Part shown: positions 37,783-50,155 of the stretch, in pieces
Numbering within the stretch: the first letter of the stretch is position 1
Layout of the letters: each line of letters opens with the position of its first letter
DNA from: Octopus bimaculoides
Taxonomy: Eukaryota
Assembly (NCBI RefSeq): GCF_001194135.2
Contig: NC_068990.1
Location: 5,420,856 to 5,471,010 of the forward strand
Direction: 5' to 3'
DNA: 50,155 nucleotides
Made by a program: the position numbers and the translations under genes
Notes under the pieces: generated by a model
What the model was told of the DNA's origin: nothing
Seen by the model: the letters and a program-made list of their open reading frames with translations, nothing else
Databases searched by the model: none

Positions 37783-38849
37783 TATATATATATATACATG
37801 CATATATATATATGCACGTACATATATATATATATATAGATATATATATACATGTACATATATATACACCTATACATATATATTAATAAGAGACATATAC
37901 GGTTGATGAAAAAATGTGACTTTCATAAGCCAAGTTTTGTAATAACAATGACGTTTCCATTTTGATGTTGTAAATCAATTTTAAGAATATCATACAGGAT
38001 TCTTCTTTTCTCTTCAAGATTTCGTCTGAATCTAAAATTGAATCCTTTTTAAATGCTGTTGCTTTGGTTCTGTATCAGCCCTAATCAAACTCACTAGTGG
38101 GTCTAACTACTGGTGGTCATTCACTACTTCAGATCCATATCAGCTGTGACAGAATGTATTTAACGTCTGTTAGAGGTTCTTACGTCTAATTGCCACCTAG
38201 AAATATACCAAGCCTACATTGTGCTCTTGCTGTTTTAAGACGATATGATATGATAATGTATTTTATTGTCAGTGTTTTGTTCACAAATTGTTTTCTGTAG
38301 ACGCATATGTAACATACTTCGAAAAGAAATACACATTTTGAATAAGGATAATTTTCATTCACACTTCAGAACTCATGCATAAAATTTCATAATTTGATAT
38401 CATTGTTTTTTCACCTATATATCATGTTATTATCTTGAAACACGGAATCTTAAAATGAAAATTGGATTTTCACCATTGTCACTCATCAGATTTTTATATC
38501 ATTCATTTTAATTTGAAAATTGTTTTATATTTTATCAATTATTAGTATTGATTTGATATAACTATGAATTGTATATATGACTATATAAGATTGATATAAG
38601 TACGAATTCATATTAAGTATGAATTCTCATTTACCACCATCAAATCAGTTTTCTTTTTTCAGAATAAAACTAATTTTCTTTTTAAAAAATCGATTAGGAT
38701 AAGTAAATCACGAAATTTAATTCTTAGTGTGCAATTTTGGTGGTGATGGAATGTATGTATGCATATATATACATATACACATAAACACACACACACAAAC
38801 ACACACTCATACATACACACACCTATACGTCTCTACACAAACACGCTGT

Positions 38850-38885
<36 letters not shown>

Positions 38886-39199
38886 CGTGTGTGTGCGTGC
38901 GTGCTTGTGTGTGTGTGTATTGGTAAATTTCCATTATAGTAATGAAATTCTGCAGATATATTGACGAAATGTCATGTCTATTGAGCCAAAGAGGCAAAAG
39001 GAGAATATACGTTGAATGTATTCTTCAAAATTTTTATTCATTTCTGAAACTTTTCTCATCTCTAATATCCACGACTACACTTTGACTATAAACAAGTAAC
39101 ACTTTATTTAGTGGATGACTGTATGGAAAATGGTTAGAGTGAATGAACGCTTGAGTACAAACAGTGATAGCTCATTGCTGATGAGGGTGGTCTTGGACT

Positions 39200-39660
39200 T
39201 CTGCAGTGTTTGTTGTTGTTGTTCTTGTTATCTTCATTCTTTCTAGCTTTGATGATTGTTTGGATTATCTCTGTCATATCTCAGGTCCTTCCTCGAAGCG
39301 TGCGCTCTTCTGAGTATGTCTGCCAACTGTGCTTCCAGTGATGCCTAGTAGTTCCAACGTCTCATACCACGCGTTTGTGTTCTTTGTGATGAGGAACGTA
39401 TATGATCCTGTTTTGATGTTCATCACCATTATGCGAAACACAGCAGCCAATGCTAATTGGCCGGTAATAAAAACACTACTTCTATGCATGTCCGGCCTCT
39501 GACCTCCTCAATGCTTTTATTTTGTGAGCTACGAATGCAAATCACACAACTAGGTGAACAATAGAAGCTAAGTGACCAGTTCAAGCACATTCCGAAACAG
39601 TGCAAAATATCCCTTAACAGACACGAAGAACTGACAAAAGATCGCATTGGCCAATTACTA
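39200..39660 (-). mobile_element. Highly decayed RTE/BovB-like LINE C-terminal region
   Basis: Frameshifted minus translation CIRSSQNKSIEEVRGRTCIEVVFLL / QLALAA / VSHNGDEH...IY / SWQTYSEER loosely follows the RTE pattern WQDKI.NEEVL.R...IE.LL..QLRWAGHV.RM.D.R...W.T.A.DR. Confidence 0.45.
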
Positions 39661-39919
39661 CAAGAACAAGAATAGAGGAAAACTTATCTGCACTGCCATA
39701 AACCAGTAACAATCAGCGAGAGGGGCATCATTGGCAACGGTAGACAATTAGGGTGCGGGAGGGGGTGAATATTTCTGAAACGAGCTATTTTAGAATAGTT
39801 TCATTATCATGACATTCAGCAGACAGGAGAGAAATTCCCATAACTTGACGTCAGTAAATTTTCTCAGTATATATGGAACCTATTACCGTTTTGTAGAGAA
39901 GGTAACTGAAGTTGCATGT

Positions 39920-40113
39920 CCCCCCAACATTGCTTGACAACCGATGCTGGTGTGTTTACGTCCCCGTAACTTAGCGGTTCAGCACAAGAGACCGATAGAA
40001 TAAGTACTAGGCTTACAAAGAATAAGTCCTGGGGTCGATTAGCTCGACTAAAGGCAGTGCTCCAGCATGGCCACAGTCAAATGACTGAAACAAGTAAAAG
40101 AGTAAAAGAGTAA
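39920..40113 (+). mobile_element. SINE family B, 3' half
   Basis: cttgacaaccgatgctggtgtgtttacgtccccgtaacttagcgg...ccagcatggccacagtcaaatgactgaaacaagtaaaagagtaaaagag. Confidence 0.9.
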
Positions 40114-40697
40114 GGGAATATCTATAGTAAGCTAAAGCTTTTCAATTGATAGTGTAAGACAACGTTGACTGCGACGTGGTTATATCCTTTCCAAAGTGCA
40201 TAGACTGGTATGAACCTAACAAGACTAGAAGTTAATCTAGTCAGATATGTAGTGTGTATGGGTTTTAGTGAGTAAAATAACTGAGATATTTACTGTTCAA
40301 CTTAAATTATTTATATGAAGATGGATGGAACCATTGTGTATTTTTGTAAATACGACAATACATGAACTGACAAAATGTAGACTTGTAGTCCAAAGCCATT
40401 ATCTTCTACCACCTTCACAATCGCCACCTCATCCAACTACCCAAGATTAATAACATCTTCACCGCATCACAACGGCTAAGACCAGTACCATCACCACTTC
40501 CATATACTATCACCAGCAATACTACGAAGACCAACACTGCTACCACCATAAGTGTAGTCGTTGTCATCTTTGACTTTTAATGTCAGTAGGATTATCTCGG
40601 AAACTTCCATATAATGATAAAGCATTCCAAGTTACTTTTCGTATTTCATATAATACCAGTCACAGTTTTTTTCTTGCATTTTATATATGTATATATA

Positions 40698-40850
40698 GGC
40701 ACAGGCATGGGTGTGCAGTAAGAAGTTTCTTTTCCAACCACATGGTTCCGTGTTCAATCTCGTTGCATGGCACCTTGTGCAATTATCTTCTAGTATAGCT
40801 TCGAGACAATCAAAGACTTGCAACAGAAACTGAGAGAAGCCATTCCATAC
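40698..40850 (+). mobile_element. SINE family B, 5' half, degenerate
   Basis: ccaaccacatggttccgtgttcaatc...ggcaccttgtgcaa. Confidence 0.7.
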
Positions 40851-40906
40851 ATACATACATACATACATACATACATTACATAATGTGTGTGTGTGTGTGT
40901 ATATGT

Positions 40907-40941
<35 letters not shown>

Positions 40942-41222
40942 NNNNNNNNNNNNNNNNNNNNNNNNNNNNNNNNNNNNNNNNNNNNNNNNNNNNNNNNNNN
41001 NNNNNNNNNNNNNNNNNNNNNNNNNNNNNNNNNNNNNNNNNNNNNNNNNNNNNNNNNNNNNNNNNNNNNNNNNNNNNNNNNNNNNNNNNNNNNNNNNNNN
41101 NNNNNNNNNNNNNNNNNNNNNNNNNNNNNNNNNNNNNNNNNNNNNNNNNNNNNNNNNNNNNNNNNNNNNNNNNNNNNNNNNNNNNNNNNNNNNNNNNNNN
41201 NNNNNNNNNNNNNNNNNNNNNN

Positions 41223-41261
<39 letters not shown>

Positions 41262-41689
41262 TCATATATACTCTTAGATCGAGTGGTGCGTTATGCTGTT
41301 GAGCAAAACGCTTCATCTCACGTTACACTGCCATCACTTCGACACCTGATGTCTGGTACACAGTGCACCGGTGTTCAGACAACGTCGATTTGACGGAGAG
41401 AGTGAGATAATGTGCGGCGCGAACATTTGATCATTATATACAAATCACTTGTGCAGATCCTTCGACAAAAGCTGAACGGTCATACATCGCCTTCGACAGG
41501 AGAGTCTATCATGTGTACTTATACATCATATAATAAAACAACACTCAGTTAAAATACAAAAATGTAATGGTATATCTTTTTTCTACCTCTGACAAGATTC
41601 GACTTTATGTACATATACACGTGCGCAAACGCACTCACACGCACATGCACACACATACATGCACACGTGCATATCTTTTATCATTTGTC

Positions 41690-41880
41690 TTCTACTTGAT
41701 TTAGTCACTGGACCGCGATCAAGCAAGGACACCATCATGAAAGGTTTAGTCGAATACATCGACCACAGGACTTTGTTTACAAAAGTCTGGTGCTTATTTC
41801 GTCGGGTCCTTTTGCTGAACAACTAAGTTACGAGCAAATAATAAAAAAACCATAACCAGTTGTCATGTGGTGGTTAAGTC
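41690..41880 (-). mobile_element. SINE family B, 3' part, degenerate
   Basis: ttagtcgaatacatcgaccacaggac...ctaagttacg...gttgtc. Confidence 0.65.
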
Positions 41881-41953
41881 CGAATGTACAGGAACGCGTT
41901 TGTACACATATATTTCATCTAGAGCGCTGCTTCTTGTGCCTCCAGTTATCACA

Positions 41954-41996
<43 letters not shown>

Positions 41997-43263
41997 CCAT
42001 CTGTATGTGTGTGAGTTCGTTAGTGTGTTTAAGTGTATCTCTTTATCTTGGCATCACGTATTGTTAACAAAAATCACCATCTTCTTGCAATCAACGTATT
42101 TTGTCTGCAATCTTCTATGAATAGGTACAAACTTGGGAGAAAATCATCTTGTTTGGAAACAGGTGATACTCGACATCCGGAAGAGCATCCGACCGCAGAA
42201 AATCATCTATTTCACGTAATTTATCTAAGCCATGCAATCAAGTAAATGTAAGCATTAATACGATCCAACGGATCCGGCGCCTTTCGTGAACGTTTTCGCC
42301 CTGAGAGACACTTGCAAACAAGTTTGGTTACATAAAAGTAAAAGGACTATCACCTATACCTAATCTTGGCAGGATTCCAAAGACAATATGTTGTCCAGAG
42401 ACTTGAGCAAAAACAATGGCTATCTTATTTCTCCGAATCTAGTCATTTTGTCGGTGTCTCTCTTTTACTTAATTAATCGCCATAAATTTGATATTTCTCC
42501 AACGGAATTGTTTTTCAAGTTCTTTTAATTTAATTTCATCTTCCGAGGTGTTCAATCTTTTGAGTATATCGTCCGTATAATCATTGTGTGTTTCATGTAT
42601 TCACGTGAAACCACTTTCCTAGTGTTTTCACGTAAAACTCCGCGAACATGAACCCTGACTGCAATTTATAGTTCCTCTGTGTGTTTATACTAATTGCATT
42701 GTAGACAGCAAGTGTACTTCTGTTGTATGGGATTCTAATAATTTCTTCTATAAGTTATCAGGCAGAATGAGTGGTTGTTATTATTAGATGTTTATATACA
42801 TTATTTAGTACAGTTCCTATTGATTTTGACTTTGAAAGAAACACACTAAATAGGTAACATCTCTGTTTTAGATGTAAAATGTGACTTCTAACAGAAATAA
42901 AGCAAAGTATATTAAATAATGTATAAAATCACCCAGTATACCAGGTAAAATACTGAGAAAATTATATAGCAATGCTATATAAAAACACACACACATACGA
43001 CATACATAAATATATATGTAAATACACACACACACGTACACACGCACACACAAACATATAGCTAGCTTAATATCTGCATTAATTTAAAGATTGTTTATAT
43101 TAATGCAGACGTGTAATTTATAACTTATGAAATATAATAAAATAAATTATCTATATATTATTCAAGTTGCGAAACAACTGTTGTTAAATAAGAATTTCCA
43201 ATGGTTAAATATATTTTATCACACTATATTTCTCTCATTATTTATAACTTTATATGTGTGTGT

Positions 43264-43320
<57 letters not shown>

Positions 43321-43353
43321 TGTGTGCGTGTGCACATATAAAGATAGCTAGAT

Positions 43354-43395
<42 letters not shown>

Positions 43396-43866
43396 AGAGA
43401 GAGAGAGAGAGAGAGAGAGCAGACAGACAGGGTGAAGCAGTTACTTTCCTCAAAATGAAAGTTCGCAAAACACATTTTTCTACTTTAGAGAACTCGTTGT
43501 TCGAAAAATACTTTTATAATTCTGCTTTAATCTTGTAAACTCGCAGTATACATTTTTTTTTTAAAGTTTGTCTCTTTATATTAAAAGTAATTACTCCTAC
43601 TCTGCATTTTACCTTTTCATTTTCCGTTGTTTAAGTATAATTTTTTCTGCTTTTCTCATAATACCTACTGAAGGTTACAATTGCCTTTATAACTTTGTTT
43701 TATGATATAACTTTATATATTAAAGGTATCGAATACAATGAGGTGGAAGGGGAAGTATTTAACTAACGCTTAGAAATTCTTCAAATGACTATTGTATTTT
43801 GATCTATACAGTGCTATATATAACACTGAATATTTAAATGTCTGAAATTGTGTTCTAGTTCTTATT

Positions 43867-44236
43867 ACTCTTTTACTCTTTTATTTGTTTCAGCCATTTG
43901 ACTGCGGCCAGGCTAGAGCACCGCCTTTAGTCGAACAAATCGACCACAGGACTTATTCTTGGTAAGCCTAGTACTTATTTTGTCAGTTTCTTTTGCCGAA
44001 CCGCTAAGTTACGGGGACGTAAACATCGGTTGTCAAATGATGGTGGGAGGACAAACACAGACACTTATACATATACGACGGGCTTCTTTCAGTTTCCGTT
44101 TACCAAATCCACCCACAAGGCTTTGGTCGGCCCAAGGCTATAGTAGAAGACATGCCCAAGGTGCCACGCAGTGTGACTGAACCCGGAACCATGTGGTTGG
44201 TATGCAAGCTACTTACCACACAGCCACTCCTGTGCC
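43867..44236 (-). mobile_element. SINE family B, full length
   Basis: gactgcggccaggctagagcaccgcctttagtcg...gccgaaccgctaagttacgggg...ggtgccacgcagtgtgactgaacccggaacc...cacagccactcctgtgcc. Confidence 0.9.
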
Positions 44237-45970
44237 AATCTTTCGAACTGCCAACTTTACTTTCGGAAAGGAAACAATTTTTTAAAGTATTTACATCTAT
44301 ATTAAGTCGCGACTGGTCTGATTTTGTAATTGATATCAGACGCCTTATTTCTGGATATGTCAGTAGAACTGAAATTCTTTTAAACGAAGAACATTTAGCA
44401 ACAAAATATTTGTGATAGTGATCAAATGGAGAAAATTGCTATTATAATTAGTTTAAAAATAAAAGTGTTTTGTTTGAATTTTGTCCAGTACCAAGTACAC
44501 CTGAAGGCGCAAGGAGATCAAAGCTATCCGAACGTATTATATATGTAAATATTGATTTTTAAGATAGTCACAAAACCACAAATATGATAGCAGGGCATAG
44601 TCGATTACATTAGTTCCAGTATTCAGATTCTTCTTCTTCCGAAACCAGAAAGATGAAAATGAGATTTGATTAGAGCTCAGAATGTAAAGGATTGTTACTA
44701 TGTACAAGCTATTTTGTCCGACTCTCTAACTAGTCCGCCAATTCACATCTCCAGAAAACATGCATAAATTGGAACACATTTCATTTTTTAATATGAGAAT
44801 AATCGTTCAATAAATTATAAACTTATTTATACATATAGCGCTGTTTGATATTGTTTACCTAACTGAGAAGAAAAAGTTCCAATAAAGAAAAACCAAAATT
44901 GACTTGAGTCCGAGGAACAGTTCTACGTTGTCCATGACGAGATCTAACAGTTATTAACGTTCATATGATAATATTAATTCGTGTCATGAGATAAGATAAT
45001 TTCTGTCTTTACGTGCAAAGTTCTTCCAAGGAGATTCGAAGAACACAAAAAAAGATATTCCACTTTGGCTTCGTCGTTGATAGGGAGGTCAGTGAGAGAG
45101 AATCAATATCTAGCTGTTAAAATAAATTACTCGAAGAAGAAAAATACCTCGCGCATGGTTGCTAAGAAACTAAATATGGATGTATATAAAAAGAAAACGA
45201 AAATAACATTACAATATATTCATGTAATATTTTATTTAGTATGAAGTCTGAATAAGTTGACAGCTTTTATTTTTATTTGCGCATTTCGGGTTCAAAGCCC
45301 ATCAGATATTGATTTCCGTTTTCATAATTCTAACACTGGAATCATGATTATGAGATCATGGGTCGATTCCTGGACCAGGCGGTGTGTTGGGTCTTTGAAC
45401 AAGGCACTTTATTTTATGTTGCTCTGGTTTACTCAGTTGTATTGTAGCAGCCAGGTGATGCATCGCCTTTTCTCTCTAACCAACAGTCACCTCTTTGATG
45501 TTCCTCCGAGGAAAATTGTGGGAGGGTCAAGAGAGTATTTATATCTGCGCGTGAATGTATAGGTGCATAATATTATTAGCGAAAGCCTGGCACTTCATGC
45601 CAGGCCGTACTCGTTTGCGAGTGAGGGCTATGGTCTTTCTAAAAATTCTAACGTGGAGAAAGTATCATAATGTGAATAGGTTGTACACATGGATATCATA
45701 GGCCTTTCGAAACCTGTCAATGGTGTTAACGTTTCGCTTAATTTGTCACAAGCCGAAGATTACAAGAAAGGTACAAGCAAGGAAAGGATTCCGAAGGGTG
45801 GATGGTTTGGAGATAAAAGCAAAGAGAGGAACAGAGAGAGTGAAAGAGAGAGAGAGGGGGGGGAGAAAAGGAGGAAAAGTGAAAAGAGACATTGCATTTG
45901 TTTCAGAGGCTGGAGTGAATTTGTGAGTGCTCTCATGTCAGTTAGTTGAATGGTCAATAAATGCAATCGA

Positions 45971-46005
<35 letters not shown>

Positions 46006-46091
46006 TCTATATATATATATATATATATATNNNNNNNNNNNNNNNNNNNNNNNNNNNNNNNNNNNNNNNNNNNNNNNNNNNNNNNNNNNNN

Positions 46092-46132
<41 letters not shown>

Positions 46133-47039
46133 CATCTTTCTCTCTCTAAGGCCCCTACAGGCGTCATGATCATGGACTACTCATGAGGAAATTTGAACAT
46201 TCGTAATTTTTCTTTGGGAAAATAGTACAGTAGTTTCTGCTTTCTACCAGTATGTTTTCAAATGACTCTGCGAGCTTTCAGCTCTTCTTAGTTTATGCTT
46301 GAAGCACACGACCTGTTTATTCCTTAGCAGGAGGACTGATTCACAACACAACAGGGTACGTCTACATACCAGTGGGTCTGTTGGACACATTTCTTGGAAC
46401 TGGCTTTCTTTATGAGTCCTGTATGCCGTATCAAAGGGCCATGTTTTGTTATTTGGCTCATAACTGCAACTATTGACAAGTACTACAACATCATACCAGA
46501 GCGGATATGGGATTAGTAGAGACTAAGGAGTAGCTCCATACTCTCTAAAACTCTTGAACTCCCTATTTAGACCCTTACAACCGGATGCAGTTGAATATCT
46601 TGTTGAGGACATACGCTAGTTGTACTGAAAATAATACGAAACTAAGCATAAACCGTTCAAACTGTAACGTGTTGATAAAGTAACTCGTCCTTTATAATAT
46701 CTCTTCTTCTTGTTCTTCATCCTTGCTGGAAAATACTGAATTCCAAGCAGATGAAATGTGTCGTCAACATTGATGACGAAAGATGACAGCAATAATGGTG
46801 ACAATGGTGATGTTGTTTAATCTCCCAAATTAGCTTCGACAAAATATATGACCAAAGTCGTTTCAGATATTTTTTTTCTCTTGTGGTACATAGTATATTT
46901 ATGACTATATTATTTAAGGGTTTTCTGCCAGTTTGAACGGCAGACTGCGCAAATTAAGAGAGAATCACCTGTTATTTCTAGAAGATCGGGTGGTTAGGCA
47001 GAGAGGCTTCCTCACTGGCTCGACGGGTAAACGTAGTCC

Positions 47040-47330
47040 ATAGAAATGCTGTTGATGAGGACAGTACCAAATATGGTGTTGATGATGACAACTATGACTA
47101 CAATGGTGGTGGTAATGATGATGATGATGATGATAGTGGTGGTAGTTTTGATGATGATGATGATGATGATGACCATGATGTCTAAGATGTTGACGATGAT
47201 GACAATGTTGATTAGGACGATACTGAAGAGGAAACTATGATAGTAGAATTGATTGTGACATTAATGACAACAAGAAAAACAATAATGACGATGGTGATTA
47301 TGGTAATGATAATAACGACAATTCCAAATA
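47040..47330. repeat. Imperfect (GAT/GGT/GAC)n trinucleotide low-complexity tract
   Basis: Direct reading. Explains the Met/Thr/Val-rich ORF at 47046-47240. Confidence 0.85.
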
Positions 47331-47545
47331 AGATGAAAATTATGGAGATTTTATAGCATACAGTTATTTTAATTAGATTTTCTAATTTGTCCTTATGATA
47401 ATCATGCAAATCATTACGTCATTGTAATGAGAGATACATTACTACATATAAATGCCCTATGAGGGACTCTTAATGTCAAAACTACCATAATAAATACAGG
47501 TTTTTTCACGTTGACTACTTGAGAAATTTTTATAAAGATTTTATC

Positions 47546-47578
<33 letters not shown>

Positions 47579-47897
47579 ATCCTGCATCAAAAGAAGGGCA
47601 CACGGACACCACCATCCCATGCACGCACATTGATCTATTAACAGAATACTCAACGTATTTATTCTTTTAAATGCATGCAATTGTTCGAGTATTCCACAGA
47701 AAGAGGTACTATAATCAAAATCATCGTGACAATGTGCGATGAGGCTATATCTACGAATAACAGATACCAACCATCCGACAAGACTCCGCTTAGTTTTCGT
47801 CCTCCATGAGATTCGCGTTGACCCAAAGATATAGCAACACTTGCCTAAGGTTCCACACAGTAAAATAGAACTTTGGTTGCATTATTACGAAGCGAAC

Positions 47898-47965
<68 letters not shown>

Positions 47966-48060
47966 GTCTATCTATCTATCTATCTATCTATCTATTTATC
48001 TGTCTTTCTGTCCGTCTGTCTGTCTATGTATATATCTATCTATCTGTCTATGTATGTATG

Positions 48061-48092
<32 letters not shown>

Positions 48093-49048
48093 AAACTACC
48101 AAACTCTGGAGAAAAAGCTGTGAGGATGAATAATTGACATCTCTCCAACGAAAGGAAAAAAACACCTGGTTCACCAATTATGAAAGTGTTTAAAAACGAA
48201 CACCTTACAAGCAACCCATATCTTAAAAAAANNNNNNNNNNNNNNNNNNNNNNNNNNNNNNNNNNNNNNNNNNNNNNNNNNNNNNNNNNNNNNNNNNNNN
48301 NNNNNNNNNNNNNNNNNNNNNNNNNNNNNNNNNNNNNNNNNNNNNNNNNNNNNNNNNNNNNNNNNNNNNNNNNNNNNNNNNNNNNNNNNNNNNNNNNNNN
48401 NNNNNNNNNNNNNNNNNNNNNNNNNNNNNNNNNNNNNNNNNNNNNNNNNNNNNNNNNNNNNNNNNNNNNNNNNNNNNNNNNNNNNNNNNNNNNNNNNNNN
48501 NNNNNNNNNNNNNNNNNNNNNNNNNNNNNNNNNNNNNNNNNNNNNNNNNNNNNNNNNNNNNNNNNNNNNNNNNNNNNNNNNNNNNNNNNNNNNNNNNNNN
48601 NNNNNNNNNNNNNNNNNNNNNNNNNNNNNNNNNNNNNNNNNNNNNNNNNNNNNNNNNNNNNNNNNNNNNNNNNNNNNNNNNNNNNNNNNNNNNNNNNNNN
48701 NNNNNNNNNNNNNNNNNNNNNNNNNNNNNNNNNNNNNNNNNNNNNNNNNNNNNNNNNNNNNNNNNNNNNNNNNNNNNNNNNNNNNNNNNNNNNNNNNNNN
48801 NNNNNNNNNNNNNNNNNNNNNNNNNNNNNNNNNNNNNNNNNNNNNNNNNNNNNNNNNNNNNNNNNNNNNNNNNNNNNNNNNNNNNNNNNNNNNNNNNNNN
48901 NNNNNNNNNNNNNNNNNNNNNNNNNNNNNNNNNNNNNNNNNNNNNNNNNNNNNNNNNNNNNNNNNNNNNNNNNNNNNNNNNNNNNNNNNNNNNNNNNNNN
49001 NNNNNNNNNNNNNNNNNNNNNNNNNNNNNNNNNNNNNNNNNNNNNNNN

Positions 49049-50155
49049 GTAAAAACAAATGGAAAATCATCCATGAGTTACGAAACAATCATGACATCAC
49101 AATCAAAGAAGCAGATAAGGGTAGCACTGTCGTCAATATGGATACAGAACAATACAAAAACTCTGTATCTCAACTCTTACAAGACACTACGTACTATGAA
49201 AGAGTAGTCAACTACCAACAAACAAGAACAATGACCAAATTAAACACACTCATTTGCCAACATCGAAACAACTTAACAACAAAGGAATGCGACTACCTAA
49301 CAAACTTTAATTGCAAAACAAGCAACCTCTATGGACTTCCAAAAATCCACAAGAGCAAAACTATTTCTGAAGCTTGCAAAAAGTCCACTTCCATCTGCAT
49401 CACTGTACCACATCCCATTGATCTCAAACTAAGACCAATTGTGGCAGGCAGGCCCAAACTGTGAAACACACAGATTAAGCAACTTTATCGATATCCTCCT
49501 GAAACCAATACTTCACCACATACCAAGTATTGTTAGAGACGACCTGGACCTACTAAATCATCTACCCAAACATACCGATAAAGACATTTTCATTGTTTCC
49601 TTTGATGTAATAAATCTTTACACTACGATCCCACATCAATATAGACTGGAAGCCATTAAATTCTGGCTAGAAAAAATACCCCAATGAGATCCCAGAAAGA
49701 ATAAAAAAGAATTCATCATCGAGGGCCTTAAGTTTATCCTTCAAAACAATTTTTTGAATTTTAATGATAACACCTACAGACAGGTTCAGGGACTGCAATG
49801 GGGACTTAAGTTGCCCCTACATATGCAAACCTGGTGATGGCCTACTTAGAATTGCAGATCTACGACAAATCCAAAACTAGATATGGCCTGTCTTTCCACC
49901 AATACCTGTTGAAGAATTGGAAACGTTACTTGGATGATTGCCTCATCCTATGGTCCCACACACTCGACCAACTCTTTGACTTCAAAACCCTAATTAACAG
50001 TGTCAACAACCATATCCAATTTACAATGGAATACAGTCAAGACCAACTTCCTTTTCTTGACATTCTCATTATAAAAATAGGTACCAGCATTGAGACTGAT
50101 ATTCATTACAAACCGACTGATTCCAAGCAATACCTTCTGTTCACCTCCAATCACC
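49049..50155 (+). mobile_element. Penelope-like element reverse transcriptase (pseudogenised; runs from the gap to the window end)
   Basis: ITIKEADKGSTVV, LYGLPKIHK, LRPIVAG, FDVINLYTTIPH, GTAMGT*VAPTYANL (TAA at 49807-49809), WKRYLDDC (YLDD at 49927-49938), FTME, LPFLDI, TDIHYKPTD. Frameshifts near 49447, 49685 and 49786. Confidence 0.93.

Noticed and set aside
45581-45625. GAAA followed by hairpin gcctggca-cttca-tgccaggc and a second small hairpin ctcg-tttg-cgag, resembling an HHR or a Helitron 3' end
   Set aside because: No U-H after the stem, no CUGANGA, and no CTRR terminus at the expected distance.
47046-47409. Met/Thr/Val/Ile-rich ORFs
   Set aside because: Products of trinucleotide low-complexity sequence.
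1-50155. CRISPR arrays, rRNA or prokaryotic operons
   Set aside because: No repeat-spacer array, no rRNA-like sequence, and the content is clearly eukaryotic.

Overview
AT-rich, microsatellite-rich eukaryotic scaffold with about nine N-gaps, most flanked by (AT)n/(AC)n. The SINE families look like those of Octopus (recalled, not searched). I could not identify an intact protein-coding gene, and most ORFs in the supplied track are microsatellite or N-gap artefacts. The window is mostly decayed transposons: a pogo/Tigger transposase (-, ~0.6-1.9 kb), three RTE-type LINE fragments, an R4/Dong restriction-like-endonuclease 3' end with a (TAA)n tail, an hATm-like transposase, two Penelope-like elements (one GIY-YIG end, one RT), a small hAT-like MITE and many tRNA-derived SINEs from at least three families. 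The best candidate novel system is a set of small non-coding hammerhead-ribozyme (HHR) elements. The clearest is a tRNA-like Pol III head + (AAT)n + minimal type I HHR at 15193-15480. There is also a type II-permuted HHR fold on the minus strand at 23760-23848 and two more decayed motifs. Other notable structure: a ~360-nt palindrome made of two head-to-head tRNA-like SINE copies (25199-25560), and a sharply bounded CpG-depleted domain (~2.9-19.4 kb) suggesting a methylated gene body whose exons I could not identify.
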